A stretch of 64,000 nt of DNA. It comes from Blastocatellia bacterium. GTDB taxonomy: Bacteria; Acidobacteriota; Blastocatellia; UBA7656. The position numbers were made by a program, and so were the translations under genes. This document shows, piece by piece, positions 48,315 to 60,125 of the stretch (the first letter of the stretch is position 1; each line of letters begins with the position of its first letter). Where the stretch lies: contig CAVXWP010000009.1 in the NCBI GenBank assembly GCA_963765495.1, forward strand, positions 846,650 to 910,649. The letters are read 5' to 3'. The notes below the pieces were generated by a model. It was not told the origin of the DNA. It was given only the letters and a program-made list of their open reading frames with translations, and ran no database searches.

Positions 48315-48686
48315 TGATTTTACCTCCTTTTAGTATTTTGTTCGGATAACTATTCTCACATCACAAATAAACGTCCTATTATTAGCCTACAACTATGGGC
48401 TGGATGATTCAAATTGGCATCATGGCATCGCTTGAGAAATGGACCATATTGAGAACAATCCAAATGATTCTGTAATCACTGAGTGAGCCTAAGGCAGAAT
48501 TCGGCGGCATACTGTAATGAGGGGAAGTTTCTTCGCAGCCTGAGCCGCCACACACACTGGATTTACCATACCAAAATATGCGAGCGTTTGAATCAATCAT
48601 AGAGCGATAGCGCGTTACTTGATGATAGCTCACCAGACAGATGCCCGCTGAAATCTTAGCGGTTATTATTAGGGTTTGTGGAGTCC

Positions 48687-48914
48687 AGTAGAACCAAGAA
48701 TCAGCTTGGGTTTTGGCGCGATGGACGACCTTAGACATCAAGCCAATTTTCCGTTCTAAGGTACCTCTAAGAAGAAAACTAATGCTATGTAGGACCTATT
48801 CAAGAAAAAAGACTCTTAGAATCAATCCTCGCGCCCTCTAGACACATAATAAAGAGAGTAGGAGGTCGATTTCTGCACTATCTAGAAGAAAAGAAGAGAG
48901 TTATTGGTCATACT
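48687..48914. repeat. Diverged non-coding direct repeat, copy B
   Basis: Shared blocks with 46711-46935. Confidence 0.85.
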
Positions 48915-49107
48915 GGATTGTTTTCTAAAGCACGGGCTAATGCTAGGAACGGGAGCAGCGGCACAGGCCGAGTTGTGGCGGCACATGGGTTCGTGCGGCA
49001 GAGGCACGAGCGGACGGAGTGTCGGAAACAGGACGGCGAGTAGCCAGGTGCGAATATGAATACCTCGAAGACAAAGCGGGGCGCCTGTCACTGGCGCACA
49101 CTTATAA

Positions 49108-49980
49108 TTAGGGCCTCGCGCTGTCGGCTACCCCTCTGGACGTCTCTGGCTTTTGCCTCAGCGATAACCGGTCAATGAGGAATTCACCAAGGGCGCGGTT
49201 CAGCCTGAGGCACATTTGATAATCCTTTGCCGCTTCGGCTCTTTTGCCACTGTTAGCGTAAACCGAAGCCCGATGGGCATAGGCCAGCGCGTAACTGGGA
49301 TCAAGCTGTATGGCCCTGGTGTAATCTTTGATTGCGCCATCTAAATCGCCGCGAGTCTCTTGAGCCTTGCCGCGTCCGGTGTATAACGCTGCCCGGTCTG
49401 GGGCTAACGAGATGGCCCGATCAAAGTCGCCAATCGCCTTCTCAGGCTCTGACTTCTCTAGCCAGGCCGTGCCGCGGTCGTAGATGGCTTCGACCGAGCG
49501 GGGTGATAGTTCGATCGCTTTGCTATAATCGGCGATCGCTTCGTCAGGTTGCCAGTTCACCTGTCTGGCTATTCCTCTATTGGTGTAAGCCGCGGCGTGT
49601 TTAGGATTGATCTCAATGGCCCGGGAGAAATCTGAAATCGCTTGCTCGTATTCACCCAGGTCAATGTATAGGTTTCCCCTGCCGTTGAAGGCATCTGCGG
49701 AGCGGGGTTCCAGGGCGATCGTTTTGTCAAAGTCTTTCAACGCCTCCTCTAAACGGCCCTTGCGGTACCAAACGATGGCGCGGTTCAGGTAAGCCCGGAC
49801 ATAATTAGGGTCGAAGGTCAGCGAAGTGGTGAAATCGGCGATGGCCCCGTCCAGGTCGCCCTTCTGAACGCGCTCGACTCCTCGCTGGGAATAAGAGGCA
49901 GCGGACTTCGATGTCTGTGCGGCGACACTGAGAGTAAGGAATAACTGCAACGCAATGGCGAGATATATGTGAGCCTGCAT
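49108..49980 (-). CDS. Secreted tetratricopeptide repeat protein
   Basis: Signal peptide, 34-aa AY.NRG...AI.DF.KAI...P repeats. Confidence 0.9.
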   Translation of the reverse strand: MQAHIYLAIALQLFLTLSVAAQTSKSAASYSQRGVERVQKGDLDGAIADFTTSLTFDPNYVRAYLNRAIVWYRKGRLEEALKDFDKTIALEPRSADAFNGRGNLYIDLGEYEQAISDFSRAIEINPKHAAAYTNRGIARQVNWQPDEAIADYSKAIELSPRSVEAIYDRGTAWLEKSEPEKAIGDFDRAISLAPDRAALYTGRGKAQETRGDLDGAIKDYTRAIQLDPSYALAYAHRASVYANSGKRAEAAKDYQMCLRLNRALGEFLIDRLSLRQKPETSRGVADSARP

Positions 49981-50132
49981 AACAAACCTCCGACCCCATT
50001 AGAATTCTTGAGGGCGTTCAATGTAATAAGGTAAGACCCGCCGCCTTGTGCTCATAGCCGGGTATGGACTGGCGCTCCCACAGCGCCAGGTCTGGCTTGG
50101 AGCCTCTGTCTGGCATCGCCTTGCACGATTGC

Positions 50133-50888
50133 TCAGGATCTGGTGATCTCGATCGAGAATGTCATATAGAAATCTCCCTGATTGATCTCGGTGACGCTAG
50201 CTCCTCGGGTGATCACCTTGACCAGTTTGATGACGTTCCGCTTCACCGAGCAATCAGCCGTCACACATCCGCCTTTTGCACCGTCCGGCCTGATCTGCCA
50301 CCTGTTGCACTGGAAGTTTGCATCCACCTCCGTGCAGGTCATATCCACAAGGTCAGTCTCAGCGTAAGGGAATATGGATTGATCGTCCGGCGTGTTGTGG
50401 ATACGGTAAAGATCACTGCTGCCCGCCGGGTAGTAGAAGCCTATCGTCATCGGTACCTGCACTGTCTGTCCATAGCCTATCGTGAGCATGTTGAGGCCGT
50501 ACTGAGACAGCTTGGCTCTAAACCGGGGACTCACAAGTGCGGTGACGAAGGGTGCTATGGGATCGCCACCATCAGGCGCACTTCCCGCTATTGGCTGGCT
50601 GAAGTCGATGAAGGCTTTCCTCGTCGGCTTACTTATGGTGACCCCCGTGTCAAGTTCCCAGTCGCCAGATCCCTGAATTACCGATATCAAACTCTTGCTG
50701 TTCTTGTAGGAACCGGCGCCGTCACTCTGGACCTGCATCGGAATTCTCTGCGAGCCGCCCGCCAGGTCGAGCACGTCGACATAATCCTTGATGACGACCG
50801 TGACCGGCACATCCTTGATCCTCTGCGCCAGAGTGGTAGAGATCAAGGCGAGGCAAATGGTGAAGACAACAAAGACTGTTTTACGCAT
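50133..50888 (-). CDS. Secreted hypothetical beta-rich protein
   Basis: Signal peptide ending TLA-Q; RBS AAGGAG. Confidence 0.75.
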   Translation of the reverse strand: MRKTVFVVFTICLALISTTLAQRIKDVPVTVVIKDYVDVLDLAGGSQRIPMQVQSDGAGSYKNSKSLISVIQGSGDWELDTGVTISKPTRKAFIDFSQPIAGSAPDGGDPIAPFVTALVSPRFRAKLSQYGLNMLTIGYGQTVQVPMTIGFYYPAGSSDLYRIHNTPDDQSIFPYAETDLVDMTCTEVDANFQCNRWQIRPDGAKGGCVTADCSVKRNVIKLVKVITRGASVTEINQGDFYMTFSIEITRS

Positions 50889-51146
50889 GCATCTCTCCTT
50901 ATAGTCAAGCATTCAGCTATGAGTACATAAGTACAAACCTCTTCGCGAGATGTGTTCTTCTTGATCTGCAAGACAGGGTGCATCCGTCTTCATCCTGTTA
51001 AGCGAGAAAATAGATCAAACCCTATCACCAAGGCTTAAAGTTCTCTTTCGGGGATATACAATTGCTCGAAAATGAGATAATCTTTCGGTGCCAATCAGCC
51101 TCAGGATTTGTTTTAGATAATCAGCGAATCAGTGAAGGAGCAGATC

Positions 51147-51737
51147 ATGCCTTCTCTTCCCGGCGAGGTCACGCAGCTTCTCATCAAGTGGGGTGAGGGT
51201 GACCAGGCTGCCTTTGAAGAGCTGATACCCGTCGTCTATGCCGAGTTGAAGCGGCTCGCCCGACGTTACATGGGGAAGGAACGGGTGGACCACACGCTCC
51301 AGACCTCGGCTTTGATTAACGAAGCTTACCTGAGGCTGGTTGACTGCCATTCGGTCGAATGGCAGAACCGCAATCACTTCTTCGCCGTTGCCTCTCAGAT
51401 CATGCGGCACATCTTGATCGACCACGCCCGCAGCTATCGGTACGCCAAGAGAGGAGCCGGCGCTGAGAGGATACCGATTGAAGAGGCAGAAGGACTGCGC
51501 GTCGACCGCGCCGAGGAACTGCTCGCTCTGGATGAGGCGCTAAAGGAGCTTGAGTCTTTCGACCCACGCAAGAGCCGGATCACGGAACTGCGCTTTTTTG
51601 GCGGGCTGACGGTCGAAGAGACAGCCGACGTGATGGGGCTTGCGCCCGTGACGGTGATGCGCGAATGGCGGGCGGCGAAAGCCTGGCTGCACCAGGCGAT
51701 GACCGGCAAAGAACCAGCGAAAAAGGATGATAGGTAG
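51147..51737 (+). CDS. ECF sigma factor (STK-associated type)
   Basis: VTQLL..W..GD, HTLQTSALINEAYLRL, ELRFFGGL, REW..AKAWL. Confidence 0.92.
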   Translation: MPSLPGEVTQLLIKWGEGDQAAFEELIPVVYAELKRLARRYMGKERVDHTLQTSALINEAYLRLVDCHSVEWQNRNHFFAVASQIMRHILIDHARSYRYAKRGAGAERIPIEEAEGLRVDRAEELLALDEALKELESFDPRKSRITELRFFGGLTVEETADVMGLAPVTVMREWRAAKAWLHQAMTGKEPAKKDDR

Positions 51738-51807
51738 TCGCTAGATTTATCGCTTTACCAGATGAGGGCAGAAATACAGATTCGGCGCAGTCATTAATCC
51801 GAACCAT

Positions 51808-54708
51808 ATGAATGTTGATCGCTGGAAGCAGATAAACAGAATTTTTCAAGCGGCTCTGGAACGAGAACCCGCCGAGCAGTCTGCCTTTCTTGACGAGGCC
51901 TGCTCAGAAGACAAGCAATTGCGCAGTGAAGTTGAAGCGTTGCTTTTATCCGACCGGCAGGGGTGCGATCTGCTTCAAGGGAATGCGTTCGAAGCCGCGG
52001 CTGGCCTGCTTGCCGAAGATCTGCCCGAACTGGCCGCAGGCGAGGCAGTCGGCCATTACAAAGTCATCGGCTTGATTGGAGCGGGCGGCATGGGTGAGGT
52101 TTACCTCGCAGAAGACACGAGGCTCGGCCGACAGGTTGCGCTTAAGCTCATGCCCGCAAGATACACAAGAAGCGAGTCCCGGTTGCGGCGGCTTCAGCAT
52201 GAAGCTCGCGTCGCGTCAGCCCTGAATCACCCCAATATCCTAACGATACATGACATCTGGGAAATAGAGGGACAGCACATCATCGCCACAGAGTACATAG
52301 AAGGTGAGACGTTGAGGCAGCGACTCAAGCGGGGCAAGCTGAGCATAGAGGAAACGATCAACATATCCATCCAGGTGGCGAACGCCCTCTGGGCAGCTCA
52401 CCAGGCAGGCATCGTTCATCGCGACATCAAGCCCGAGAACATCATGCTGCGGCGGGATGGCTACGTGAAGGTGCTCGATTTCGGATTAGCCAAGCTCACC
52501 GAGCAAGATGAGCGAAAACCGCGCGTGCGCGCAGCGCATAAATCGGACGTCTCTTCTGGTTTAGTGATGGGCACCGTAAGATACATGTCGCCCGAGCAGG
52601 CGGCTGGCCAGCAAGTGGACCCGCGCAGCGACATCTTCAGCTTCGGCGTCGTGCTTTACGAAATGCTTGCCGGTTGCACCCCATTCGCGGGAGAGACCTC
52701 TGGCGAACTGATTGCCGCCATACTGAAGAAAGAGCCACCGCCGTTAACCGGCGTGCCTGATGAGATGCAACGCCTCCTTAGCAAGGCACTGAGCAAAAAG
52801 AGAGAAGAACGCTATCAAACCATTCAGAGTTTGCTCGACGTTCTCAAGGCCCTGAGAGAAGACAAAGCGGTGACGGCCGGTGGCAAAATGACAACTCATA
52901 GTGCTGATGGTTCAGCGCTTACAAAGGATGATGCGACGCCTACATCGACAGCCTCAAGCATCGAGTCCATCGTCAGCGGTATCAAACGACACAAGACAAG
53001 CGCGGCCTTTGTCCTTGCCAGTTTGATAGTGGTCGCTGTGAGCTTTACCTTTGGTATCAGTCGGTTGACCAGACTACGCGCCCCATCGAATCAGATGAGA
53101 ATCGCCCGCATTCCCAACATGGACAAAGCCGACGAGGTGGCAATTTCTCCCGATGGGAAGTATATCGCTCAGACCGCGCGCAACGCCGGGCAATACGGCA
53201 TATGGTTGGTCGAGTTGGGGACTGACAACAGCGTTCCAATTCTAATCTCACCTGCAAACACTTTCCCGACCGGCCTTACGTTTTCAAAAGATGGCGAGAA
53301 AATTTTTTATGTGAGCGCCCATACGCTTTATCAAGTTCCCGTGCGGGGTGGCGATGCTACGAAGGTAATGGCAGATGTGGATGGCCCGCTCAGCATTGCG
53401 CCTGATGAGAAGCAGATTGCTTTTGTGAGAACCCGCGACTCCGACCAGGAGAAGGCGTTGACCGTTGTGAATGTGGATGGTAGTGGCGAGCGCGTATTAG
53501 CCACTCGAAAGAACCCCGAGTTTATCGATCTGCCGGCGTGGTCCCCGGACGGAAAGCTGATTGCGTGTTCGTTTGGACTGATTGCCTCAAACCACACAGA
53601 GAGCCTGATTGGATTTGAAGTGGCTACGGGCCAAGAGATACCGATCACCCCCCAGAAGTGGCAAGGATTTGTGAGCCTGGCCTGGCTTCCAGACGGCAGC
53701 GGTCTGGTCGCAGCCGCGAGTGAGACGTTTGGTGGCCCCACGCAAATCTGGCACATTTCATATCCTGAGGGCGAAGTGCGCAGGGTTACCAACGATCTGG
53801 AGAGCTATGGAAACCTGAGTTTGACGGCTGATGGCAAAAATTTGGCGGCTTTTCAGTTTGCGCTTCGGAGCAGTCTCTGGATAATGCCCCGGGGAGCCCC
53901 CGGAGCCAGGCCGATCACATCAAGTGAGCGCGTGGTTTACCGCGCAGTCTCCTTTACTCCGGACGGCAGAATTCTCTATGCGTTAATTGTAAGGGGCGAC
54001 CAGGACATCTGGATCATGGATGTTGACGGGACAAATCCAAAACAACTCACGGCAAACGCAGGCGTAAACATCCTGCCAAAGCCATCGCCTGACGGTCGCT
54101 ACATCGTCTTCGCTTCAAACCGCGCAAATTATAACGCTTTTAATATCTGGCGCATGGACATGGACGGCGGCAATCCCATTCAACTAACTCACGGCAGCGG
54201 CGAGACGGGGCCTGCTTGTTCGATGGATGGGCTTTGGGTCATTTATTCAAAAGGCGGACCCGAGGTCAATAACGCCCAGAAAACTTTATGGAAAGTCCCA
54301 ATTGACGGCGGGGAGCCGGTACAATTGACGGATACATCTTCGAACGGGGCAGCCATCTCTCCTGATGGCACGCTGATAGCCTGCTGGTACAAGACGGATG
54401 CAGCCTCGCCCTGGCAGTTGGCGCTGATTCCTTTCACCGGCGGACCGCCGATCAAGTTTTTCGACGCGCCCCGAATGCCAAGGCTTTGGCCGCGCTGGAC
54501 GCCGGATGGCTCGGCCATTAGTTACATCGACACGCGCGAAGGCGTCTCAAATATCTGGAGCCAATCCATCAGCGGCGGCCCACCGCAACAGGTGACGCAA
54601 TTCACCTCTGAAGAGATCGCGGGTTTCGATTGGTCCCTCGATGGCACGCTCACCTGCTCGCGCTTTCACAGTGCTAAGGACGTTCTTCTGATCACCGATT
54701 TCCGGTGA
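51808..54708 (+). CDS. Ser/Thr protein kinase with TM helix and TolB-like beta-propeller
   Basis: [26 protein letters not shown]; SPDG repeats. Confidence 0.93.
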   Translation: MNVDRWKQINRIFQAALEREPAEQSAFLDEACSEDKQLRSEVEALLLSDRQGCDLLQGNAFEAAAGLLAEDLPELAAGEAVGHYKVIGLIGAGGMGEVYLAEDTRLGRQVALKLMPARYTRSESRLRRLQHEARVASALNHPNILTIHDIWEIEGQHIIATEYIEGETLRQRLKRGKLSIEETINISIQVANALWAAHQAGIVHRDIKPENIMLRRDGYVKVLDFGLAKLTEQDERKPRVRAAHKSDVSSGLVMGTVRYMSPEQAAGQQVDPRSDIFSFGVVLYEMLAGCTPFAGETSGELIAAILKKEPPPLTGVPDEMQRLLSKALSKKREERYQTIQSLLDVLKALREDKAVTAGGKMTTHSADGSALTKDDATPTSTASSIESIVSGIKRHKTSAAFVLASLIVVAVSFTFGISRLTRLRAPSNQMRIARIPNMDKADEVAISPDGKYIAQTARNAGQYGIWLVELGTDNSVPILISPANTFPTGLTFSKDGEKIFYVSAHTLYQVPVRGGDATKVMADVDGPLSIAPDEKQIAFVRTRDSDQEKALTVVNVDGSGERVLATRKNPEFIDLPAWSPDGKLIACSFGLIASNHTESLIGFEVATGQEIPITPQKWQGFVSLAWLPDGSGLVAAASETFGGPTQIWHISYPEGEVRRVTNDLESYGNLSLTADGKNLAAFQFALRSSLWIMPRGAPGARPITSSERVVYRAVSFTPDGRILYALIVRGDQDIWIMDVDGTNPKQLTANAGVNILPKPSPDGRYIVFASNRANYNAFNIWRMDMDGGNPIQLTHGSGETGPACSMDGLWVIYSKGGPEVNNAQKTLWKVPIDGGEPVQLTDTSSNGAAISPDGTLIACWYKTDAASPWQLALIPFTGGPPIKFFDAPRMPRLWPRWTPDGSAISYIDTREGVSNIWSQSISGGPPQQVTQFTSEEIAGFDWSLDGTLTCSRFHSAKDVLLITDFR

Positions 54709-54730
54709 TAAGTGAAAGGAGGGATTTCGT

Positions 54731-57700
54731 ATGTTCCCAAATCAGGAGAAACCAAGCGTTGGAATAATGGCTCACGACAAGCTCAAAATGCGCTCGTCGT
54801 TACCAATAATCCTGATAACTCTTTTTATGGTCTTAGCCGATACAGCGCAAGGCGCGCCAATAAGCTGGCCGATGTCGATGGCACCTGCTCAATCGTCTAC
54901 GGCCATACTTTACGGCACGGTCGTGGATCAGGAAGGAGCGGTAGCTCCTGACGTGGCTATCCGAGTAACCAACCTCGACACCTCGCTACGCCGGGAGACT
55001 CTGACGGACAAGGCGGGATACTTCGTAATGCCTTTGCTTTCGCCGGGTCGCTATGAGGTGAACGCCCAACAGCAAGGATTCGTTACGGTGCAAATCACCA
55101 ATGTCGTGCTGCGCGTAAACGATCAACTGGCGCTCAAGATCGAATTAAAGCTAGGAGAGATCAGTGAATCAATCACCGTCGAAGGGGCATCTCTTATTCA
55201 GACCGAGTCGGCTGCGGTGAGCACCGTCGTCGATCATCAATTCGTCGGGAACCTGCCGCTCAACGGGAGAAACTTTGGTTCCTTGATCGAACTTACGCCG
55301 GGGACAGTCCTGACCAGATCCAGTGAAGGACAATTCAGCGTCAACGGACAGCGCGCGAATGCCAACTACTTCATGGTGGATGGGGTGAGCGCGAATTTCG
55401 GTAATCTTGGATTCCAGCTTCTCTCAGGAACCATTCCGGCATTCAACGTTCTCGGAGGACTAAACAATCTCGTGTCAGTGGACGCGCTCGAAGAGTTCCG
55501 CGTGCAGACCTCGACCTACGCCGCTGAGTTTGGCCGGATGCCGGGCGCGCAGGTGTCGGTCATCACGCGCTCTGGTACAAACCGGTTTCATGGCGACGTT
55601 TTCGACTACTTTCGCAACGATGCGCTCGATGCGAACGACTGGTTTGCCAATAGCCGCGGGCTGCCAAAGCCTCCTCTACGGCAGAATGACTTTGGCGGCG
55701 TGCTGGGCGGACCGATCTTGAGAAATGAAACCTTCTTCTTCTTTTCCTACGAAGGGCTGCGCCTGCGTCAGCCGCAGTTCGCGATTACCACAACCCCGAC
55801 CCTGGCGGTGCGAAACGCCGCGCCAATTGAACTCAAGCCATATCTCGATGCCTTCCCGATTCCCAATGGAAAAGATCTGGGAGGCGGATTTGCGGAGTTA
55901 TTCGCAGGCTATTCAAACCCATCTACCCTGAACGCCACCAGTATTCGCATCGATCATTGGGCAAGCAGGAAGGTTAATCTATTTGGGCGCTTCAACTACG
56001 CTCCTTCCGAAAATATTCAACGCAATCCCGCATCGCTGAACCAATTGACAACGAGCCGGCAGAACGCAACGACGCTGACGCTAGGATTAACTCAAGTCAT
56101 TTCATCTCAGAACGAGCAACGATTTTCGAGTCAATTACAGCAGGAGCAAAGGAGCGATGTTAGCCTCGCTCGATCATTTTGCGGGAGGGGTTCCACCCTC
56201 AGATTCAATGATGTTTCCGGCTTCGACCGATCATCGAGAGTCTGCATTTCGTTTTCAGGTGGGTCCTGCCGCATACGCCGTCGGCCTGAGCGATGTTTCA
56301 AGCGTTCAGCGTCAGTTGAATGTGGTGGATAACTTTCTGATTACCGCAGGAAGTCATCAGCTAAAATTCGGTATAGACTATCGGCGACTCGCGCCCAACT
56401 CGTCGGAGATTGGCGAGAACGGCTTTGCAATATTTGTCTTCTACTTCAGTACGAATGCAGTGCTCTCTAATAGCCCAGCATTCGTGGACGTCGAGGCTGA
56501 ACCAACTCGGTATCCGTTGTTTACTAATTTTTCTGCTTACGCGCAGGATAGCTGGAAAGCGACGCCGCGACTGACGCTAAGCTATGGGTTGCGATGGGAA
56601 GTGAATAATCCGCCCACAGACAGACGCGGCAATGATGCCTTTACCGTGAGCGGATTAAACGATCTGGCCACGATGACTCTTGCGCCCTTAGGAACGCCGT
56701 TATGGGAGACCACTTACAACAACTTCGCGCCTCGACTTGGCGTCGCGTATCAGCTTTCTCAGGCCAGGGGGCGTGAGGTGGTTTTGAGAGGAGGCTTTGG
56801 CATATTCTACGATGTTGGCACTGGCCCAGCCTCTGCTGGCATAGAGGGCCACCAGTTTCCCTACTCCAGAAGTCAGTTCTTTGAAACATTTCCTTTTGAT
56901 TTCAACCAGATTTCGATTCCTCCGGTCAATTTCCATCCCACCCCGCCTTACGATTCTCTGTTGGTCTTCGATCCGCATTTCAAACTGCCGCGAACCTATG
57001 AATGGAATGTTTCGGCTGAACATTCGCTCGGCTCGAATCAAAGCATAACGGTTTCATATGTAGGCGCGGCGGGCCGTCGCCTTCTGCGCAAAGAAATCGT
57101 GCGCGGACCTGCGCTTCCTAATCCTGATTTTACGCGACTGGCGGTTATCAGAAACGCCGCCACTTCGGATTATGACGCGCTCCAACTCCAATTCCAACGC
57201 CGCCTGTCGCGCGGATTGCAAGCCCTGGCCTCATACTCGTGGTCACATTCAATTGATATTGCTTCCTCCGATGGAGCATTGAATCTCCCAATCGCAAAGA
57301 TTGATCCAAAGATTGATCGCGGGTCATCCGATTTTGATGTGCGTCACGCCTTCTCCGCCGCCGCCACCTATGATATTCCGAGTCTACCTGTGCACCACTT
57401 CGCGAAAGAGTTGCTGCGAGACTGGTCGGTTGATGCAATCTTCAAAGCTCGCACCGCGACCCCCGTCAATCTGATTGCGCCCGGCGTGCTCTTTGGCGTG
57501 TTCCAACCACTGGTCCGACCGGATTTAGTTCCCGGCGTGCCGCGCTACATCCACGACCCAACTGTGGCCGCAGGCAAGCGCCTCAACCCGGCCGCGTTTG
57601 CAGAGCCGCCGGTCGGCCGGCAAGGTACTTTGGGGCGCAACGTCGTGCGCGGCTTTCCTCTGTCTCAACTGGATTTTTCAGTTCGCCGCAAATTCCTTTT

Positions 57701-57920
57701 GGGCGAACGGTTCAATCTTCAACTGAGGGCAGATCTCTTTAACGCGCTCAATCACCCGAATTTCGGAGCGCCGGACAGCTTTCTCGTTAGTCCATTTTTC
57801 GGCCAGGCCATTGGAATGTTGGGAAGGGATCTCGGTGGCGGCGGTGCTGGCAGCCTTAGCCCGCTCTACCAGATTGGCGGCCCGCGCTCAATCCAGCTTG
57901 CTCTAAAGCTACAGTTTTGA
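54731..57920 (+). pseudogene. Oar-type TonB-dependent receptor with a single +1 frameshift near 56108
   Basis: LPLNGRNF, TRSGTN.FHG, YAQDSWK and C-terminal PRSIQLALKLQF are split across two frames. Confidence 0.85.
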
Positions 57921-58224
57921 CGGGGCCAGGTTCATTATCTTTCCGACCGCATAAGGTCGGCGCATAACAAAATTATATTTGCCCTTGGAGAAGAAATTGG
58001 CAACGTCTGGCTGGCTAAACCGCAGTGAGGCAGACTGGGCCAAGCAGTTACGGGAACCGCCCCGGTTTGGTGGACAGGTGTTGACTCTATTGAACACTCT
58101 TTTGATGAAGCCTTTACTACTCAACCGCTGAATGATTTTCGATCCCTGAATCCTACGCTGCCTATTGTACCATCCTTCGATATAATCTATGACTGCTGTA
58201 CTTTAATCCGAATGTTACAATCCC

Positions 58225-58400
58225 CATGCCTGGGTGGCTGAATATTTTTGTGGACGACCGGCAAGTTTGATGCGACCATCTTTCATTACAGCGAGATGCT
58301 ATGGCTTAACCCGGGCGATGATCCTGAAACTCGTTATATCCTGGTGCGACTGCTACTCAAAAAAGTTGAGATCCATATTAATCAGACATGCAATTTCAAT
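58225..58400 (+). pseudogene. Fragment of a TPR-like protein
   Basis: HYSEMLWLNPGDDPETRYIL resembles the conserved HY..LL.LNP.DNQG.RY.L motif; no intact gene. Confidence 0.4.
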
Positions 58401-58454
58401 GTGGCCCTGAAGGAAAAAGCAGTCTTTCGACCGCCTCTAAGTTGTTGATTCGAT

Positions 58455-58499
58455 TGGTGGCCAGGGACGGAATCGAACCGCCGACACGCGGATTTTCAG
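58455..58499 (-). tRNA. 3' half of tRNA-Phe(GAA), att core (not a complete gene)
   Basis: CTGAAAATCCGCGTGTCGGCGGTTCGATTCCGTCCCTGGCCACCA; 5' half absent. Confidence 0.9.
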
Positions 58500-58629
58500 G
58501 CTGATCGAGAAGCCGGTAACAGGGTGTAACCCTATGCCTCTAAAAGTAACATAAACTCTTTACTTGCAATACTTAGCCATATCAGGTATAATCATAATAG
58601 CACAGCAAATATCTCGACGTAACGGGTCA

Positions 58630-58665
58630 ATGTGGCCCTGAATGTGGCCCTGAGTGTGGCCCTGA
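58630..58665 (+). repeat. Tandem 12-mers RTGTGGCCCTGA x3, candidate integrase arm sites
   Basis: Directly upstream of the integrase; a fourth copy lies at 58399-58410. Confidence 0.85.
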
Positions 58666-58680
58666 AAGGAAGACAAAACT

Positions 58681-59838
58681 ATGGCAAAAGAGCGAACAGG
58701 TAGTGTATTTGAAAGAACCCCAGGAGCATGGTACGCGAAGGTGTCTTTCACAGACAAATCGGGCAAGAGGCGCTACCTAAAGCAGCGAGGAGAGAATAAG
58801 ACCGACGCGAAAAGGATACTCAAGAAACTACTACGCGACCTTGACGAAGCGGGCGATGCGTTTATAGAAGGCAATAACATAACGGTTAATAAATATCTCG
58901 ATAAATGGCTAGAGGTGGCAGCCAAGCCGAAATTAGCCGAGCGAACTTTTCGAGACTATAAGGATATGCTTCGCCTCTATGTCAGGCCCGAAATAGGCAA
59001 TAAGAAATTATCGAAAGTGCAGCCTCTCCATATTCAGGCGATTTATTCAAGCCAACTGGATAAAGGGTTGTCGGCGCGCAGAGTCCGCTATACGCATGCT
59101 GTTCTTAGCTCCGCTCTCAAGCAAGCGGTCAAGTGGGGATACTTGATGCGAAACCCGGCATCCTTTGTAGACCTTCCCAAACAGAAACGTAAAGAGATGC
59201 AAGCATTCTCACCCGAAGAAGCCAGACGCTTTCTCGATGCCGCGAGAGAGGATCGCTGGGGAATCATTTTTGAACTCGCACTGATTACCGGAATGCGCCC
59301 CGGAGAATATCTGGCACTCCAATGGAAAGATATTGATTTTGAGCGACACGTCATAACCGTTCAACGCACCCTTTCCTGGCGGCGTAAGGGTGGCGGTTGG
59401 TATTTCGGAGAACCCAAGACGAATCGCAGCAGACGAAGCATCCCCATCCCCAAGTCTTTGGTTCAAGGACTGAAAGAGCATAAGCGTCATCAAGCAGAGG
59501 AAAGATTGAAAGCGGGTCCAGATTATCAAAATCATGATCTGGTGTTTGCTACGGCCGAGGGCAGCCCGCTTATGCATCAGAACCTCATGCGGCGGCACTT
59601 CAAGCCCATACTTAAACTCGCAGGATTGTCTGAGTCATTCAGGATGTACGATCTTAGACATAGTTGTGCGACATTACTATTGGCTGCGGAAGAGAACCCT
59701 AAGGTTGTGAGTGAGAGACTTGGCCATGCTACAATCAACCTGACTTTGGATACTTATTCGCACGTTTTGCCTTCTATGCAAAAGGCAGCCACAGAAAAGC
59801 TGGAGCAAATGCTTTTCGCATCCGGCTCCGATGCATGA
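58681..59838 (+). CDS. Tyrosine recombinase/integrase
   Basis: TGMRPGE, PKT, YDLRHSCAT, ERLGH, TLDTYSH. Confidence 0.95.
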   Translation: MAKERTGSVFERTPGAWYAKVSFTDKSGKRRYLKQRGENKTDAKRILKKLLRDLDEAGDAFIEGNNITVNKYLDKWLEVAAKPKLAERTFRDYKDMLRLYVRPEIGNKKLSKVQPLHIQAIYSSQLDKGLSARRVRYTHAVLSSALKQAVKWGYLMRNPASFVDLPKQKRKEMQAFSPEEARRFLDAAREDRWGIIFELALITGMRPGEYLALQWKDIDFERHVITVQRTLSWRRKGGGWYFGEPKTNRSRRSIPIPKSLVQGLKEHKRHQAEERLKAGPDYQNHDLVFATAEGSPLMHQNLMRRHFKPILKLAGLSESFRMYDLRHSCATLLLAAEENPKVVSERLGHATINLTLDTYSHVLPSMQKAATEKLEQMLFASGSDA

Positions 59839-59866
59839 AGCGGCCAAGTAGTAAGGGGAGATGCCA

Positions 59867-60125
59867 ATGAGTAAGACAACTTTAGAGCATGTAACGCAAC
59901 TGGCAGATGAACTCTCTTTGGAAGAGCAGATCCGCCTTATTGAACACCTGAAAAAGCAACTCCAAGAAAAACAGGCAGGATTCAAATTCGGCCGTTATTG
60001 GCAAGACACAAGACCTCTATGGAATCTGGCGAGGGAAGGTCGTAGATGATTTCGATATAGACGCGGCCCTCTACGAGATTCGCCACGAATGGGAAAAGGA
60101 ATGGCCAGAGGTGTTCGGTAAATGA
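59867..60125 (+). pseudogene. Antitoxin-like gene with a +1 frameshift
   Basis: MSKTTLEHVTQLADELSLEEQIRLIEHL... continues in another frame as QDLYGIWRGK...IRHEW...*, whose stop overlaps the PIN gene ATG. Confidence 0.7.

Noticed and set aside
50064-50930. 288-aa plus-strand ORF
   Set aside because: Antisense to the signal-peptide-bearing gene with a good RBS
58455-58530. Complete tRNA-Phe gene
   Set aside because: D-arm and 5' acceptor strand are missing; only the att fragment is present
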